DNA of 64,000 nt from Cetorhinus maximus. Lineage: Eukaryota. Below are positions 51,330-63,927 of this stretch, in pieces. A program made the position numbers and the translations under genes. The stretch's first letter is position 1. Every line of letters begins with the position of its first letter. Where the stretch lies: the NCBI RefSeq assembly GCF_964194155.1, contig NC_135879.1:31124001-31188000 (forward strand). Reading direction: 5' to 3'. The notes beneath the pieces are model-generated. The model saw only the letters and a program-made list of their open reading frames with translations. It was not told where the DNA came from and did not search any database.

Positions 51330-52680
51330 GTTTGATCAAAGAGAATCAGCTTAGGAGGTCTAGATTAGGTATTTCAGAGCCTAGACTGGTTGAAGAATTG
51401 GTCACTAATGTTGGGAACAAAGTTGGGGGTGGTAACAGGGATATATAGAGGCACGAATTAAAGGAATGGAGATCTCAGGGGAATTTCTAGCTTGTAGAAA
51501 GTAATGCAGATAGACCACAGAGAGATTTAAACACAAGAGTGAGAATTTTAAATTTGAGGTAATGGAGAACTAGAGTCCAATGTAGGTCGACCAGGGAAGG
51601 GATGAACAAACAGTCAGGATATGGGATCAGAAGATTAGTTTGTGGTTAACTAGGTGACTGAGGTAGTGACCAAGGGAGATGGCGTCTGGAGCAGGGATAT
51701 AAGACTATGGCTTTGATCTTCCCAAAACTTAGCTGGAAAAAATTATGGCTCATCCAAGATAATGTCAGACAAGCAATCAAACAGTTTAGAGGTAGTGGAA
51801 GAGCCAAGAAAGAGGTGAGAGGTAGAGCTGTTGGTCATCAGAACTTTTGTGGAAGATGTCCTATTTCTGCAAATTATGTTACGAAAGGCAGTATGTAGAT
51901 AAAGAGGGGCACAGTGCTAAGGATGGATTCTTGAGACTCCCAAAATGATAGCGCAAAGAAAGGCAAGAAGAGGCCAGTGTTAGAGATACACAAAAAACAA
52001 TCTGATTGGCATGAGTGGAACCAAACAAGGAAAATGTAATTGAGCTGGATAACAGAGGAGATGCACTGGGACAGCAGTCCACAACATATTCCAAAGTTTT
52101 CATAGAGGGGGCAGGATATTGCACTGATGGCCACAGGGAGTGTGTGAAACTTTGGTTAGGGCGTTTAGGTGCCACCGAAATGGGAGAAATCTGACTGGAG
52201 AGATTCAAATTGGAATAGCTGGAAAGATGAGCATAGGTCTTGAAGTCAACATGTTCAGAGGATAAGGAAGTTCAATTTGGTGTAGTATTTTGAAAAGCCA
52301 GAGGTTGAGTATTTTTTTTTGGATAATGATGGTGGCTGTTTTGAAAAGGAGGGGTCAATATCTGAGGAGGGGGAACAATTTACAATTTAGCATGGGGCCA
52401 GGGAGGCATTTTTGGTTGTTAGTAGTTTAGGGGGAAATGGGGTTGATGAAGCAAGGGTGAGCAAGGTGAAAGCAGATTTAGGAGCTGATCAGATAGGCTG
52501 GGACAATCCGACTGAAGAATACAAAGTCAAGAACTAAAATTGTTTAAATCAATGGCATGGGGAGCCACTGAAAGTTCAAGAATCCACAGAGTGACAAGGG
52601 TGCAGGCAAGGGTATTTTGCAGGAGTTGGAGATCGTGGAGAGTTAAGACAGGAAGGCCAGCGAGAAATGCATTAGATATA
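51330..52680 (-). mobile_element. Degenerate L2 LINE (left flank of the palindrome)
   Basis: Reverse L2 RT/3' remnants similar to 39660-41750. Confidence 0.65.
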
Positions 52681-53470
52681 TATTTTTTTTAATTCTTTCA
52701 TGGATTTGGGTATTGCTGGCAAGGTCAGCATTTGTTGCCCATCCCTAATTTCCTCTGATCTCTTCGGCCATTTCAGAGGGCAGTTAAGAGTCATCTACAT
52801 TGCTGTGTGTCTGGAGCTACATGTAGGTCAGACTAGGTAAGGATGCCAGATTTCCTTCCCTAAAAGGACATTCCCACCATGGTAGCTGGTGGAATTTAAA
52901 TTCAATAGGGAAAAAAAATCTGGAATTGAAAGCTAGTCCCTCTAATAGCACCATGATGCTATCATTTGATTGTTGTTAAAACCCATCTGATTCACTAATG
53001 TCCTTTTAGGGAAGGAAATCTGGCATCCTTACCTGGTCTGACCTACATGTAGCTCCAGACACACAGCAATGTAGATGACTCTTAACTGCCCTCTGAAATG
53101 GCCGAAGAGATCAGAGGAAATTAGGGATGGGCAACAAATGCTGACCTTGCCAGCAATACCCAAATCCATGAAAGAATTAAAAAAAATATATATCTAATGC
53201 ATTTCTCGCTGGCCTTCCTGTCTTAACTCTCCACGATCTCCAACTCCTGCAAAATACCCTTGCCTGCACCCTTGTCACTCTGTGGATTCTTGAACTTTCA
53301 GTGGCTCCCCATGCCATTGATTTAAACAATTTTAGTTCTTGGCTTTGTATTCTTCAGTCGGATTGTCCCAGCCTATCTGATCAGCTCCTAAATCTGCTTT
53401 CACCTTGCTCACCCTTGCTTCATCAACCCCATTTCCCCCTAAACTACTAACAACCAAAAATGCCTCCCTG
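52399..53470. repeat. Long inverted repeat: arms 52399-52872 and 52997-53470 (474 bp each), 124-bp spacer
   Basis: Block-by-block reverse-complement comparison gives 472/474 identity; mismatches T52527/G53342 and T52834/G53035. Confidence 0.97.
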
Positions 53471-53530
53471 AACCCAAGACCCATAGCCATTAGCCTGAGC
53501 CTCTGGGTTACTAGTCCAGTGACATTACCA
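52681..53530. mobile_element. tRNA-derived SINE sharing the family-B LINE tail, rearranged by the inversion-duplication
   Basis: Head on minus at 53471-53530 (tggtaatgtcactggactagtaacccagagg..gggtt); body and tail on plus at 52872-53186; second tail on minus at 52681-52872. Confidence 0.8.
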
Positions 53531-54328
53531 AGTTGGAAAGCCTGGGCCAAGGAGCAGAACATAAGCTACCAAAATTTACATTTCCTTGTCCAGCCCGATA
53601 AGCAAGACCTCAAATGTGTTATGAAATGAAAATACAGTAGGAATTCTAGTCTCAGTAAGGGTCCTATTAATTAACTAATTAAAAGCACAGGGTAATCTTC
53701 TGAATGGGGAAAAAATAAGTTAAGGAAAAACATTTGTATAATTGATATTTTTTGAATAGTGATTTTAAACTGAGGGTGAATATAAAAATGTCATGCAAGA
53801 AGCATTATAAATTCTGTTTAGCCATTGATCATTTACAAAGCATGGAGAGAAGTGGGGGTGAACAGTCAAGAACTTTGCAGAAACATTGAGACTCTCTAAA
53901 TTCCATGTCTTAGCGACTACATTACCGATAACACACTGTCCCCATTCATGTCATTGTAACAGAACTCAATGTCCTCATATCAGGAGCGCTATGCAGAATG
54001 TCTGGTGCCAGCCTGCTTATAACCAGTAGCTTTGAAAATATGAAACATATTAAACTCTCAAAATGGCAATTATAAACATAGAAATATCTCCTGAAATGAC
54101 ATTTAGAATTAAGAACTATTTGATTATATCTCTGCTTTAGTGAGCAGTTCAATCTTATGTATGACAATTCCACTTTGAAAGGAAGGAAGCAAGTTTTGGT
54201 GTTGAATATTCAGCTTTGAAGAACATGATCGAAATATATATTCTGAGGAAAAGTATTGTAAAACAACCAATACAGCCGCAGTTGTTGAAGCTTTTAAGTT
54301 CTATTTGTATGTCATAATTGGTATAGTA

Positions 54329-55383
54329 CGTTACGGACAGGAGGGGGTTCAACTTAAACAGCCCCGAATTCTCCTGTAACCACCCACCCATAAATAGAAA
54401 GGTGTTTTGATTTGCTTCCCCCTTTATATGTGGTGTATTTCCCAACCCCTTTTTTGGTATGATCCAAGTTCTATCAATAACCCCACAGCAAACTCGAGAT
54501 AGGATGAACTTGAAGTGTTAATTTATTTGCACGCACTCAAACGTGGGAGGAGGGTTGCTACATAGCCCCCTGTGCACTCAAGAGTAAAAGAGCTATAGAG
54601 GAAAGAACGAGTTACAGGGCAAAAACCACAGAGAAAAGAATTATTGTTTCACATGGGTCCAGAGTCCAGAATAAATGTCCAATGAGATATTCCTTATCTG
54701 AGGTCAGCAGCTAAAACTGATGCTGTATAATTCACTTTTCCAGTAGAGCTGACTTCCACGATGAATTGGCACATGGAGATGAATCGATCTTGTAGGTGAT
54801 GGTACAGAAGTTCCAGTAGAAACTAGGTGGGGCCAGGCATTCAAATCTAGGCAGAGCCCCTTTTCTGTGTTGCTGCTTGCAGATAGTAAAATGGCAGACT
54901 GAGCTTTGCAGCTCCACAAGGCAATATTACCGGCTCCACCAGCTAGAGGTTCATATATGACTCCCATCTCTCCACACCACTTTTGACAAAGGACGTGTAT
55001 TCCTCGTCTGGGTCCCCGAGATAGTTAAATGTCCCAGCCATTAAGAATTGAAAGGAAGGTTGCAGGGTTCTTTGTCCTAGCAGACTAGTGGACTCTGGGG
55101 TTGGCATGCAGATGGCCTTTGTATAGTTCTTTGAATTTGGTTTCTGCAGCACAAGGCGGGGTGATGGGGGGGGGGGGGGGTTGTTAGGGTCTCTTCAGAG
55201 GTAACGAAGTGTAAGCTTCTTCAAAACTGCCAAATAGCTCCTTTTGTTCAGGGTCACAGACATACATAGCTTTAGCCATTTGAAAAGGGTCTTTGTCCAG
55301 TTTTTAAAATTTTAGAAATAGCCATTAGGATATCCATATATATTTTACAAAAATATACAGTGTGAGGGCATAGTCCCATTACA
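54329..55383 (-). mobile_element. Solo LTR (Gypsy-like) with 4-bp TSD
   Basis: Termini cgttac...attaca (TG..CA-like); AGTA on both flanks (54325-54328, 55384-55387); AATAAA on minus (~54523). Confidence 0.6.
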
Positions 55384-55979
55384 AGTAATGATGCTAATTC
55401 TAAAATTCCAGTCGCAATAATACCATCATTTGGGAGAGATTTTTCTGCTGCACTGTGTACAAGTCTCAATGAAGACGTTTAGGGAATATATGATTCCTTG
55501 GAGCTCCAGCAGTCTAAAGGTTTGGAGAGACATATGGGGGGACATTAAAAGGAGGAATGATTGATTATGCTTTGGACTTTCAAAAGTACCCTATTCCACC
55601 TTTGCTTAATGAATACCACCTATGAAACTCCGTGACCTTGTTGCACTTGAGGGAATAATTCATAAATTCTTCACTCTAGTTGCCTTTAAATAAAAGGAGC
55701 ATTCCATCTTTCAGGAGTTTTAATGAAAATTGTAAATGATTAAATTTAATTATAAAATTCACATATAACATTGAGCTAACTCATCAATTTTCAGTTACAA
55801 CATTTCCATGCAAACTGTGCTAAACTCAAACCAAACATCATGGTTTTCACACATGCATTCAAAATTTAAGAGATTAAGATGAGATGATTACAGTGTAATC
55901 TCAATTCCAGTGTAGATTCAACAAAGCAGTTTTAACAAATTGGAACTAAAATGTCAATGTTATTTCCAGTTATTTCAGA

Positions 55980-56637
55980 TAGACAGAACTTGCAATATTT
56001 TTATTCATTAAATAAAAATGTCACCTTGTTACATCAGGATCATGGTTTCCAAATTTTGTAGGCAGTATATAGTACAACGTAGCACCAGATTTCTCATTTT
56101 TACATTGTGTTGTGCAGATTTCTATTACATTTGTTCAAGTCAGTTTTAATTTGTAGTACACACATTTAGTTTATTACTTTGTATTTATTCTTGTAAAAAA
56201 TGCAATTTGTATCTGCTTTCCCTGCATTCCATATTTAAGTCAAAAAATAAAATTAAGCATGCTTCAACCTATCCAATACTTTACTAGTGAAAATGTAAAA
56301 ACTATTCAATCAAGTTGACTGTTAATGCTGCTAAGAGCATCTTGGTTGCAACACTTATGACAATATAATAGTGTTAGTTTCAATCAATTTTGAAATATCA
56401 GACTAATAATAATTTGTACTAGGTTAGAGTACAGTGCATTTTTTTTGTTCCTGTAATACTAAGTGACTTTCAACCAGTACGGAACAATTAAGTTCTCTGT
56501 CCTCATTACAAAGTTGCTTCTACAATTCTTTTGCTTGCAGCAATAATTTGGACCAGCCGTAGTGCTGTCAGATATAAATGGGAAAAAAAATCACATGACA
56601 AGATGACTGGAATCAGCGTGGCATCCAATGCTCAGTT
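55980..56637 (-). other. ABHD18: ABHD18 3' UTR with candidate polyadenylation signals
   Basis: AT-rich, repeat-free sequence after the stop; AATAAA on minus at 56184-56189, 56170-56175 and 56000-56005; true 3' end unknown. Confidence 0.6.
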
Positions 56638-56689
56638 CTAGATGGAGTACTTCTGAAGAAAGCGGTCAAATGCATCATAAATGGCTCGC
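56638..56689 (-). CDS. ABHD18: Abhydrolase domain-containing 18, last coding exon ((R)RAIYDAFDRFLQKYSI*)
   Basis: ttttttacag acceptor (56690-56691); phase 2 matches the upstream exon; TAG at 56638-56640; matches the ABHD18 C-terminus QAIYDAFDRFLHKY. Confidence 0.93.
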
Positions 56690-57279
56690 CTGTAAAAAAA
56701 GTTGTTGAATTTTGAAGAAATGTGCAAGAGGTGGAATGTGATTATTTAGCACCTTCAACAGGAAATTTAGTATACTCATACCAGTTTATCCCTATTATAG
56801 ACAGTTAATCAATGATGGAGCTTGTGAACAAAGTACAACAAAAAGAGAAGGGACACATTTGATCGGAACTCTAAACATATCCTGAATTCGCACACACAAG
56901 TCTGAATTTTTACACTCTGAAGCTACAAAGCAGTTCCCAACCAATAATAAATCTCATAACCTTTGTCATTACAACTTTTATATTTCACATTGTACTCTCA
57001 TCCTACCCTAATAGGAACACAAGTGATTATGCCTTCCAGCAGTGCATGTCTCACCCAACCCAAAAGTGTCCATCTGTGCTTTTCCCCACTTGGCTCAAGC
57101 CCTTCTCAAATGCATCTGCCCGCATTCCCCATTGTGTCCCAACCATTTAAGTGCCAAGACTGCAAACCATATTTTCAAAGCAATACATAAAGCAGTACTG
57201 GGAACCAGGGCTGTTCCAGCCTATGTAGCAAATGAGAAAGAACACCCCAACTCCTATTTTTATATGGAATGGGAACCAC

Positions 57280-57950
57280 TTACATCAGGTACAGGCCATT
57301 TGGCCCAACTGATCTATGCTGGTGCTCATGCTCCACATGAGCCTCCTTCCATTTCTCTTGATCTAACCCCATCAGTATAACCTATTTCTTTCTTCCTTGT
57401 GCATTTAAGACAACTTCACCCGAAATGCATCTATGCCATTTGCCTCAACGAACTCTTGTGGTAATGCATTTCACAATCTTACCACTATTTCAGTAAAGAA
57501 ATTTCTCCTGAATTCCCTAATGGATTTATAAGAGACCATCTTACATTTATGACACCTAGTTTTGGCCTCCAGCACAAGCCTCTGTACCTTATCAAATCCT
57601 TTCATGATCTTAAATACCTCTATGACGTTACCCATGAGCCTTCTCTTTCCTGGAGAAAAAGAGCCCAACCCATTCAGTCTTTCCTGATAAGTAGATCCTC
57701 TGGATTCTGGTATAGTACTTGCAAACCTTTTTTGCATCTTCTCCAATGCATCTATATCCTTTTTTAAAATATAGAAACCAAAACTGTGTACAGTGTGATG
57801 TAAACCAAGGTTCAATACCAGCACATCATTTCTCTGCTCTTCAATTCTATTCCGCTAGAAACGAACGCTTGTGTTTTATTTGCTTTGTTTTTAAAAACAT
57901 GGCCTTATCCACCTGTAATACTACTTTTAGTGATTAATGTATCTATGCAC
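57280..57950 (-). mobile_element. CR1 3' fragment
   Basis: KKDIDALEKMQKRF..IP; RRLMGNVIEVFKIMKGFD; FRRNFFT. Confidence 0.85.
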
Positions 57951-58039
57951 TGAGACTAGACAGTTGAGCAAGCTGGGAGATACCTAGGCACATATATAAA
58001 CACATTCCATATGTTTCTGAGTATATGAGTATTCACCTT

Positions 58040-58330
58040 CAACATTATCTTGACACCTGCCACAGATTTCATACACCTTCTGGTCCTTTATACCTCCATC
58101 AGTTGTCCTCCAATATTCAACTTTCAATTAGCTTCTGGACTTCACTCACTACACCTGTTTGTAAACTTGGACAACATTTTGTTAATGCTCCATATTGACT
58201 CCACCCTACCTACTTCAACATTATCCCACCATGGGACCTCTGACTTTAACTTTGGACACCTTCCTCTTGTCTCCAATCCATTTCCCATCAGATTTTTATG
58301 TATTCTAATTGCTATGTAATCAGGCCCACG
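58040..58330 (+). mobile_element. Possible highly decayed Penelope-like RT fragment
   Basis: T.D....LYTSI resembles Penelope RT DVxSLYTSIP; HLPLVSNPFPIRFL resembles HP....SIPFSQFLR; weak. Confidence 0.3.
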
Positions 58331-58419
58331 TAGCTTGAGATTTCCCTGTGTCCATATACATGCACATTTTGGCTGCCGCTGCAGACTCAAGTCCATCGCT
58401 TCTATTTCCACTTTTTGCT

Positions 58420-59090
58420 CCCTTCTTTCAGCCCAATTCCATCTTCCTGCATTATCCCCATACCTTTTAATTCCCTTAGTACTCAAAAATCTATTGACCT
58501 GTCTTGAATACGCTCAACGACTGAACATCCACAGCTTTTTGCGGTAGAGAATTCCAACAATTCACAACCACTTGAGTGAAGAAATTTCTCATTTCAGTCC
58601 TAAATGGTCAACCCATTATTCTGAGACAGAGACAACTGTGATCGAATACCCCAGCCAGGGAAAACATTTTCTCAGCAACCATCTTGTCAAACCCTCTAAG
58701 GATTTATTGTATTTCAGTTAGATTATCTCTCAGTCTTCTAGACTCCAGGAAATATAGCCGAGTCTACTCAATCTCTCTTTATAGTTCCATCCCACGAACC
58801 AGTCTAATGAGCCCTCATTGTACTCGCTCTAGGGCAGGTATGGCCTTCCTAAGATAAGGAGACCAAAACTGCATACAGTACTCTACATGTGGCCTCAAAA
58901 ATGCCTTGTACAAATTTTATTAAGTCTTGTTTACTCTTATACTCCCATTGTTTTATTAAAAAAATGCTAAAATACCATTTTCCTTCCCAAATGCTTGGTG
59001 TACCTGCATGTTAACTCTGATTCATGTACAAGGACATCTTTGAATGCAAAACATTGCCAATCTTTTCACCATTCAAAAAATATTGCCTGA
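58420..59090 (-). mobile_element. CR1 3' fragment
   Basis: Reverse CR1 3' sequence (gagtgaagaaatttctc, ggagaccaaaactgcatacagtactc). Confidence 0.8.
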
Positions 59091-59099
59091 ATATTTCAG

Positions 59100-61355
59100 C
59101 ATTCATCTCAATTAATCATACTCTCCTTTGAGTTCACTGCCCTCTTATCTCTCCCTCCATGTAAACTCCCCAACCCATATTCACAACTACTCCCTTGACA
59201 ATGCTATCTCATGTGGCTTTGTGACTTCCATGCTATCAATCACAGATAAGGTGATCTCTGATCACTTCCTTGTATAACTCTCTATCCACATACCCCTCCC
59301 ACAGCACTCCCCTACTTCTTTCTATATCTGCCCCTGGGAAAGAAAAAACTTTCCCCCAATTCACTTATAACTGTACTTTGAAAATTCCAATTGTCTCACC
59401 TCTGGTCCTCCATTCATCACAACATTTCTGCAGCTGATTTGGTCAACTGGACCTGACCACCACCTTTAATGCCATAGCCCCACTAAAACTATTACTCTCT
59501 CGCACCTTGGTCAGTCGCCCTGGTATTACTCTCATCTCTTAAATTCAAGGGATGCAGACATGAATGGATATGGCTGACAACTGGTTTCCTCATTCCCTAC
59601 CAGATCTGGTTGGACTAAACACAGCATTATTGGGTCCTGCTCTCCTCTGCTAAAACAATGTTCCCTCTAGGCTGCAAGGCCACACAGCAATCTGATATTC
59701 TCATGCACAGTTGGCTCCTTTGTTACCGCACATGTACGGCTTTTGAGAAAAAATTTTAAGGGGCTGCACACAACCTAATTGCCCACTCACTCCACTCTCA
59801 AAGAAACCCACCCTTGATCCCACTGTTGCTTCAGACTTCTGTCCCATCTCCAACCTCCCTTTCTACTCCAAGTTCTGAAATGTGATTTTGCCTTCCAAAT
59901 TCACACCTAACTTTCCCAGAACTCCATGTCAGAATTCATCCAGTCAGGTTTTTGCTCTCATCACGGCACCAAACAGCTCTCATCAAAGACACAAATGACA
60001 TCCTATGTGACTGCAACAAAGGTAAACTATCCAACATTGCCTTTCTCAATCTGTCTGCAGCCTTTGACATGGTTGACCTCACCATCCTCCGCCAATGTCT
60101 TTCTATTCTCCAGCCGGGTAGGCTTGCACTCACTTACTTAATCATAGTCAAGGCATCACTTCCAATAACTTCTCTTCCTGCTCCCACAAGCTTGTCTCTG
60201 GTGTCTCCCAAGGATATGTCTTTAGCCCCCACTTTTTTCTCATCTAGCTTGAGAAATGGCCCTTGGCAACATCAACCGAAAATAGTGCTAGTTTTCACAT
60301 GCATACTGATGACATCCAGCTCTACCTTTACCTCCGCATTCTCATCTCCTCCACTGCCACTAAATGCTTGATCAGCATGTAGTACTGGATGAACAGAAAC
60401 TACCTCCAATTAAATATTGTGAAGACAGAAGCCTTTTGCCCAGATCTTCCCCACCAAAGAGGATGTGCTACAGGACCCCTTGGAAGTCCCAACTCAAGGA
60501 CTTAGCAGGAACTGCCCAGGAAGCTTCAACTTCCGAGGGACCACCAAAAGATTCTCCAACTCTTGAGTTGAACTTGGAGACTTTGGAGGGTTCCGACTTA
60601 TTTACCAAAGAAACATTAAACAGAAAGAAACCATGTCTAACTCCTGGGTAACTATACAACTGACACCTTCTGACTCCCCCCGCCGACCCTCCAACTCCCC
60701 CTAGCCCCCCAACCTACATCTCCCCGACCCTCCCACACCCTCCCTTCCACCCTGCTGGCACCCTACCCACACTACCATCTACCTCACTCAAACTCATTCA
60801 CTAACACACTGAAAAGCTATTTAAAGATCCCAAAGCTTTTCGGTGTGGTAGTGAATGAAGACTTACCAAAATATAGCAGCTAGTGCCATAAAAAGTAGAT
60901 ATGGCTTGGCTTTCCCTGACAATCCTGCACTCCACATTTCTGAAGAGGCCTGGTTTGGAAGTCTGGGCCAGAAACGCGGAGTTCCTGTTTAGTTCAAAAA
61001 AATAGCAGCGGAATGGCAATCCGGTTGTGACTGCCACCCTTTGGAAGATTCGGCCCACTGTCTTTGGTCCCCACTACAAACTCTGTTCCCTAGTTATCAA
61101 CTCCATCTCTAGCAACCGTGAGGCTGAACCAGACTGTCTACAATCTTAGTGACCTATTTGACCCAGAGATGAATTTCTGACCACATATCCACGCCATCAC
61201 AACAACCGCCTACCTATTTCCACCTTCCTAACATCGCCCCTTTCTGCCCCTGCTTCAGCTCATCTGCTGCTGAAACCCTCATGCATGCCTTTGTTACCTT
61301 TAAACTTGACTATTCCAAAGCACTCCTGGATGGCCTCCCACTCTCTACCCTCTGT
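59100..61355 (+). mobile_element. L2 LINE remnant split by a MITE at 60436-61056
   Basis: QSGF...HGT, TALIKDTNDILCD..G......LNLSAAFDMVD; L2 text gaagacagaagcc|..|gtctttggtcccc rejoins across the insert. Confidence 0.85.
60436..61056. mobile_element. MITE, probably PIF/Harbinger-type
   Basis: Imperfect TIRs gcccagatcttcc / ggaagattcggccc; interrupts contiguous L2 sequence. Confidence 0.6.
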
Positions 61356-61999
61356 AGTACAGAACTATTCCGTTGTACCCATAAACAGTAGCTATGAGAA
61401 AGACTTACCTCTAATTTCAATTTCTAATGCAACTTTAATTTAATAGCCTGCCTTTCCCTTTTATGATACCTTTTGCATCTTTCTCTTCTCCCCTCATTAT
61501 CAAAAATCAGACAATAATGCTCTATATTCAGCATGCACATCCAGAAACAGCACAGTTAAACACAAGGAATTTGTGTTGGCATCAACATTCCCTCAAGTTG
61601 TGCAGCAACCCAAACGTCCTCGTGCAAGCTGCACACAAGTCAGTCCCTCGTGTGTGAGCAGCCATGCAAAATAATTAAAGGAGTAACATACTTAAACTCC
61701 CCGTGTACTCCAAAAAAAACCTTAGGGAATAGGTTTGGAACTAAATTCAAGCAAAATCTCAATACACTGGAAGATCGTTAATAGATCATGTTTAGGCAAT
61801 GCAGTGAGCAGTATTCTGCAATCCAAGACTTCGTTTTGGGATGGTAGGGGGGAGGAAGAAAGACTTTGGTTGAAAATGGCCCTTTAAAGTATTCTTCCAT
61901 CTGAAACTTGAGATGAAACAATTATCATGGTTTTAGATATCTCCGATTCATTTTCTGTATTGGAGTAGGTTTCAGAAAACATCCTGCAAATGGTACTGA

Positions 62000-62460
62000 A
62001 GTCTGGTTGATTTAAAATACTAATTAGGGTAAATTTTTGATTTTTTAAAATTTAAAAATATTGCCCTTACCAGATGGAACCAGTTCTCACTTAGGACATT
62101 TAAACACACTATATCCATTAGAAGCTGGCATATGAGCTGAAGAGAATCTTTGTTTGTGTGCGTGGACCTGGAGTGTCCCTCTGGGCCTTGAAAAATACAG
62201 CAGGCTGCTGCCGGGCTTGCCGCCTTGGTGTTGTGCTTGACCCCTTGGTCTTGATACTCCTTTGAGGACCTACCCATAATTGCAGAGATTCCTATGGCCC
62301 AAAACCAGTGAGCTGCCTGCCTGAAGCTGCCCGTTTGCCAATGCAGCTCACCAGTTAGTTTCAAAAGAGACCCTGACCTCAAAATCATGGTAACTTCTTC
62401 ACCGCCAGAGTGGCCAGTCAGAAGATCTGCTGGTTGGCTGCTCAGAAGTTAAAATCTGCC
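62000..62460. mobile_element. Probable MITE-like repeat
   Basis: GC-richer segment ending ttaaaatctgcc, with ggttgattt near its start. Confidence 0.3.
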
Positions 62461-62464
62461 ATAA

Positions 62465-62745
62465 TGACATAGATTTGAGTTGACTGACAAAAGTACCAGA
62501 GGCAAAATGAATTTATTTAATGCCATGAGTTGTTGTGATATAGAATGCACTGCTTGAAAGGATGGTGACAACAGCTTCAATAGTATCTTTCAATAAGGAA
62601 TTAGGTTAATACCCGAAGGGGAAAAATATTACAGCATGATGGAGATAGAGCAGGGAAATGTAACTACTTGGATAGCTCTTTAAAAGAAGCACAGGCGCTA
62701 TGGGTTGAATGGCCTCCTATGTTGTATCAGTCTATTATTCTATGC
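62465..62745 (+). mobile_element. CR1 3' end
   Basis: gaatgcactgcttgaaaggatggtg.. and tail gaatggcctcctatgttgtat..ttctatg. Confidence 0.7.
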
Positions 62746-62919
62746 ATCAGCAAATTATCAAACCAAGGAGTCATCCTGTCCTCATGTGCACAATTTCAAA
62801 CAGAGGTGTAACTTTCAAACAGAGATAAATGCTCGCAATCAGGAGTGGGAACACTGGCTAACTTGTTTTGTTCTCCTTACAAACACAGAGATACTACAAA
62901 TTGCTATCATACTCCTAAG

Positions 62920-63330
62920 GTGCTGTGCCATAGCAGCATTCTAGCTTCGAAGTCAGAATGTCATGGGTTCAAGCCCTATCCCACAGACTATCCCGATGAC
63001 ATAATCCAAGCTGATACTTCTGCATCGTTGTGGGAGAGTGAAGCACAATCGGAAGTGCAGTTTTTCAGATGGAATGTTAAATCAAGATCTTGTCCTTGTC
63101 CATAAAAGAGCCCATGGCACTATTTGAATAGATCAGGGGAGTTTTTCCTAGTCTCCTGGCCAACATTTATTCTGCAACTAACAGCTAAACCAGATCTTTT
63201 CATATATTTCACTACTGTTGTTGGGACTTTGCTGTGTTCAATTTAGCTGCTGTGTTTCCTACAAAAGTGACATTTCAAGTACTTCTTTGACAGTAAAACG
63301 CTTTGGAATGTTCTGACATTGTAAAAGGCT
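62920..63330 (+). mobile_element. DeuSINE-like (SacSINE1-type) SINE, near full length
   Basis: B-box-like GGTTCAAGCCC (62966-62976); Deu-like taaaagagcccatggcactatttgaa..ggggagt..tcctggccaacatttat; L2-like tail gtaaaacgctttgg. Confidence 0.75.
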
Positions 63331-63696
63331 GAGAAAGAGTGGTAACAGGTGTGGGAGGAATAATGAGTGGTAGATTGATCAGGCAGGCGAAGATTAAAAA
63401 AAAGACACAAAGCCCAAAATAAAGGGTTTCCCATTCACCCATGCCAGCCAGTAAAGTCATCATGAACATATCTATAAGGTAGAGTTCAAAAATTGGAAGA
63501 CAGTAATTTCATCCTCTTGTATATTACCAAATAGTTAGCTAGATTCTCACTTGTCCCCTCACCTGGGGACAGTGTTTGATATGGGAAGAATAATCAATCA
63601 CCTACCAAAAAATTAGTGTTTGGATCTATATACTCGGCAATTTCTTCCCTTTAAACAACAGATAAATGCCAGTTTGGTAACTTTTCACTCCTTTTA

Positions 63697-63927
<231 letters not shown>

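Noticed and set aside
52399-53470. Palindrome as a MITE/foldback transposon or miRNA precursor
   Set aside because: Arms consist of local L2 flank plus SINE tail, no TSD is evident, and the breakpoint cuts a SINE; the stem is far longer than a pre-miRNA
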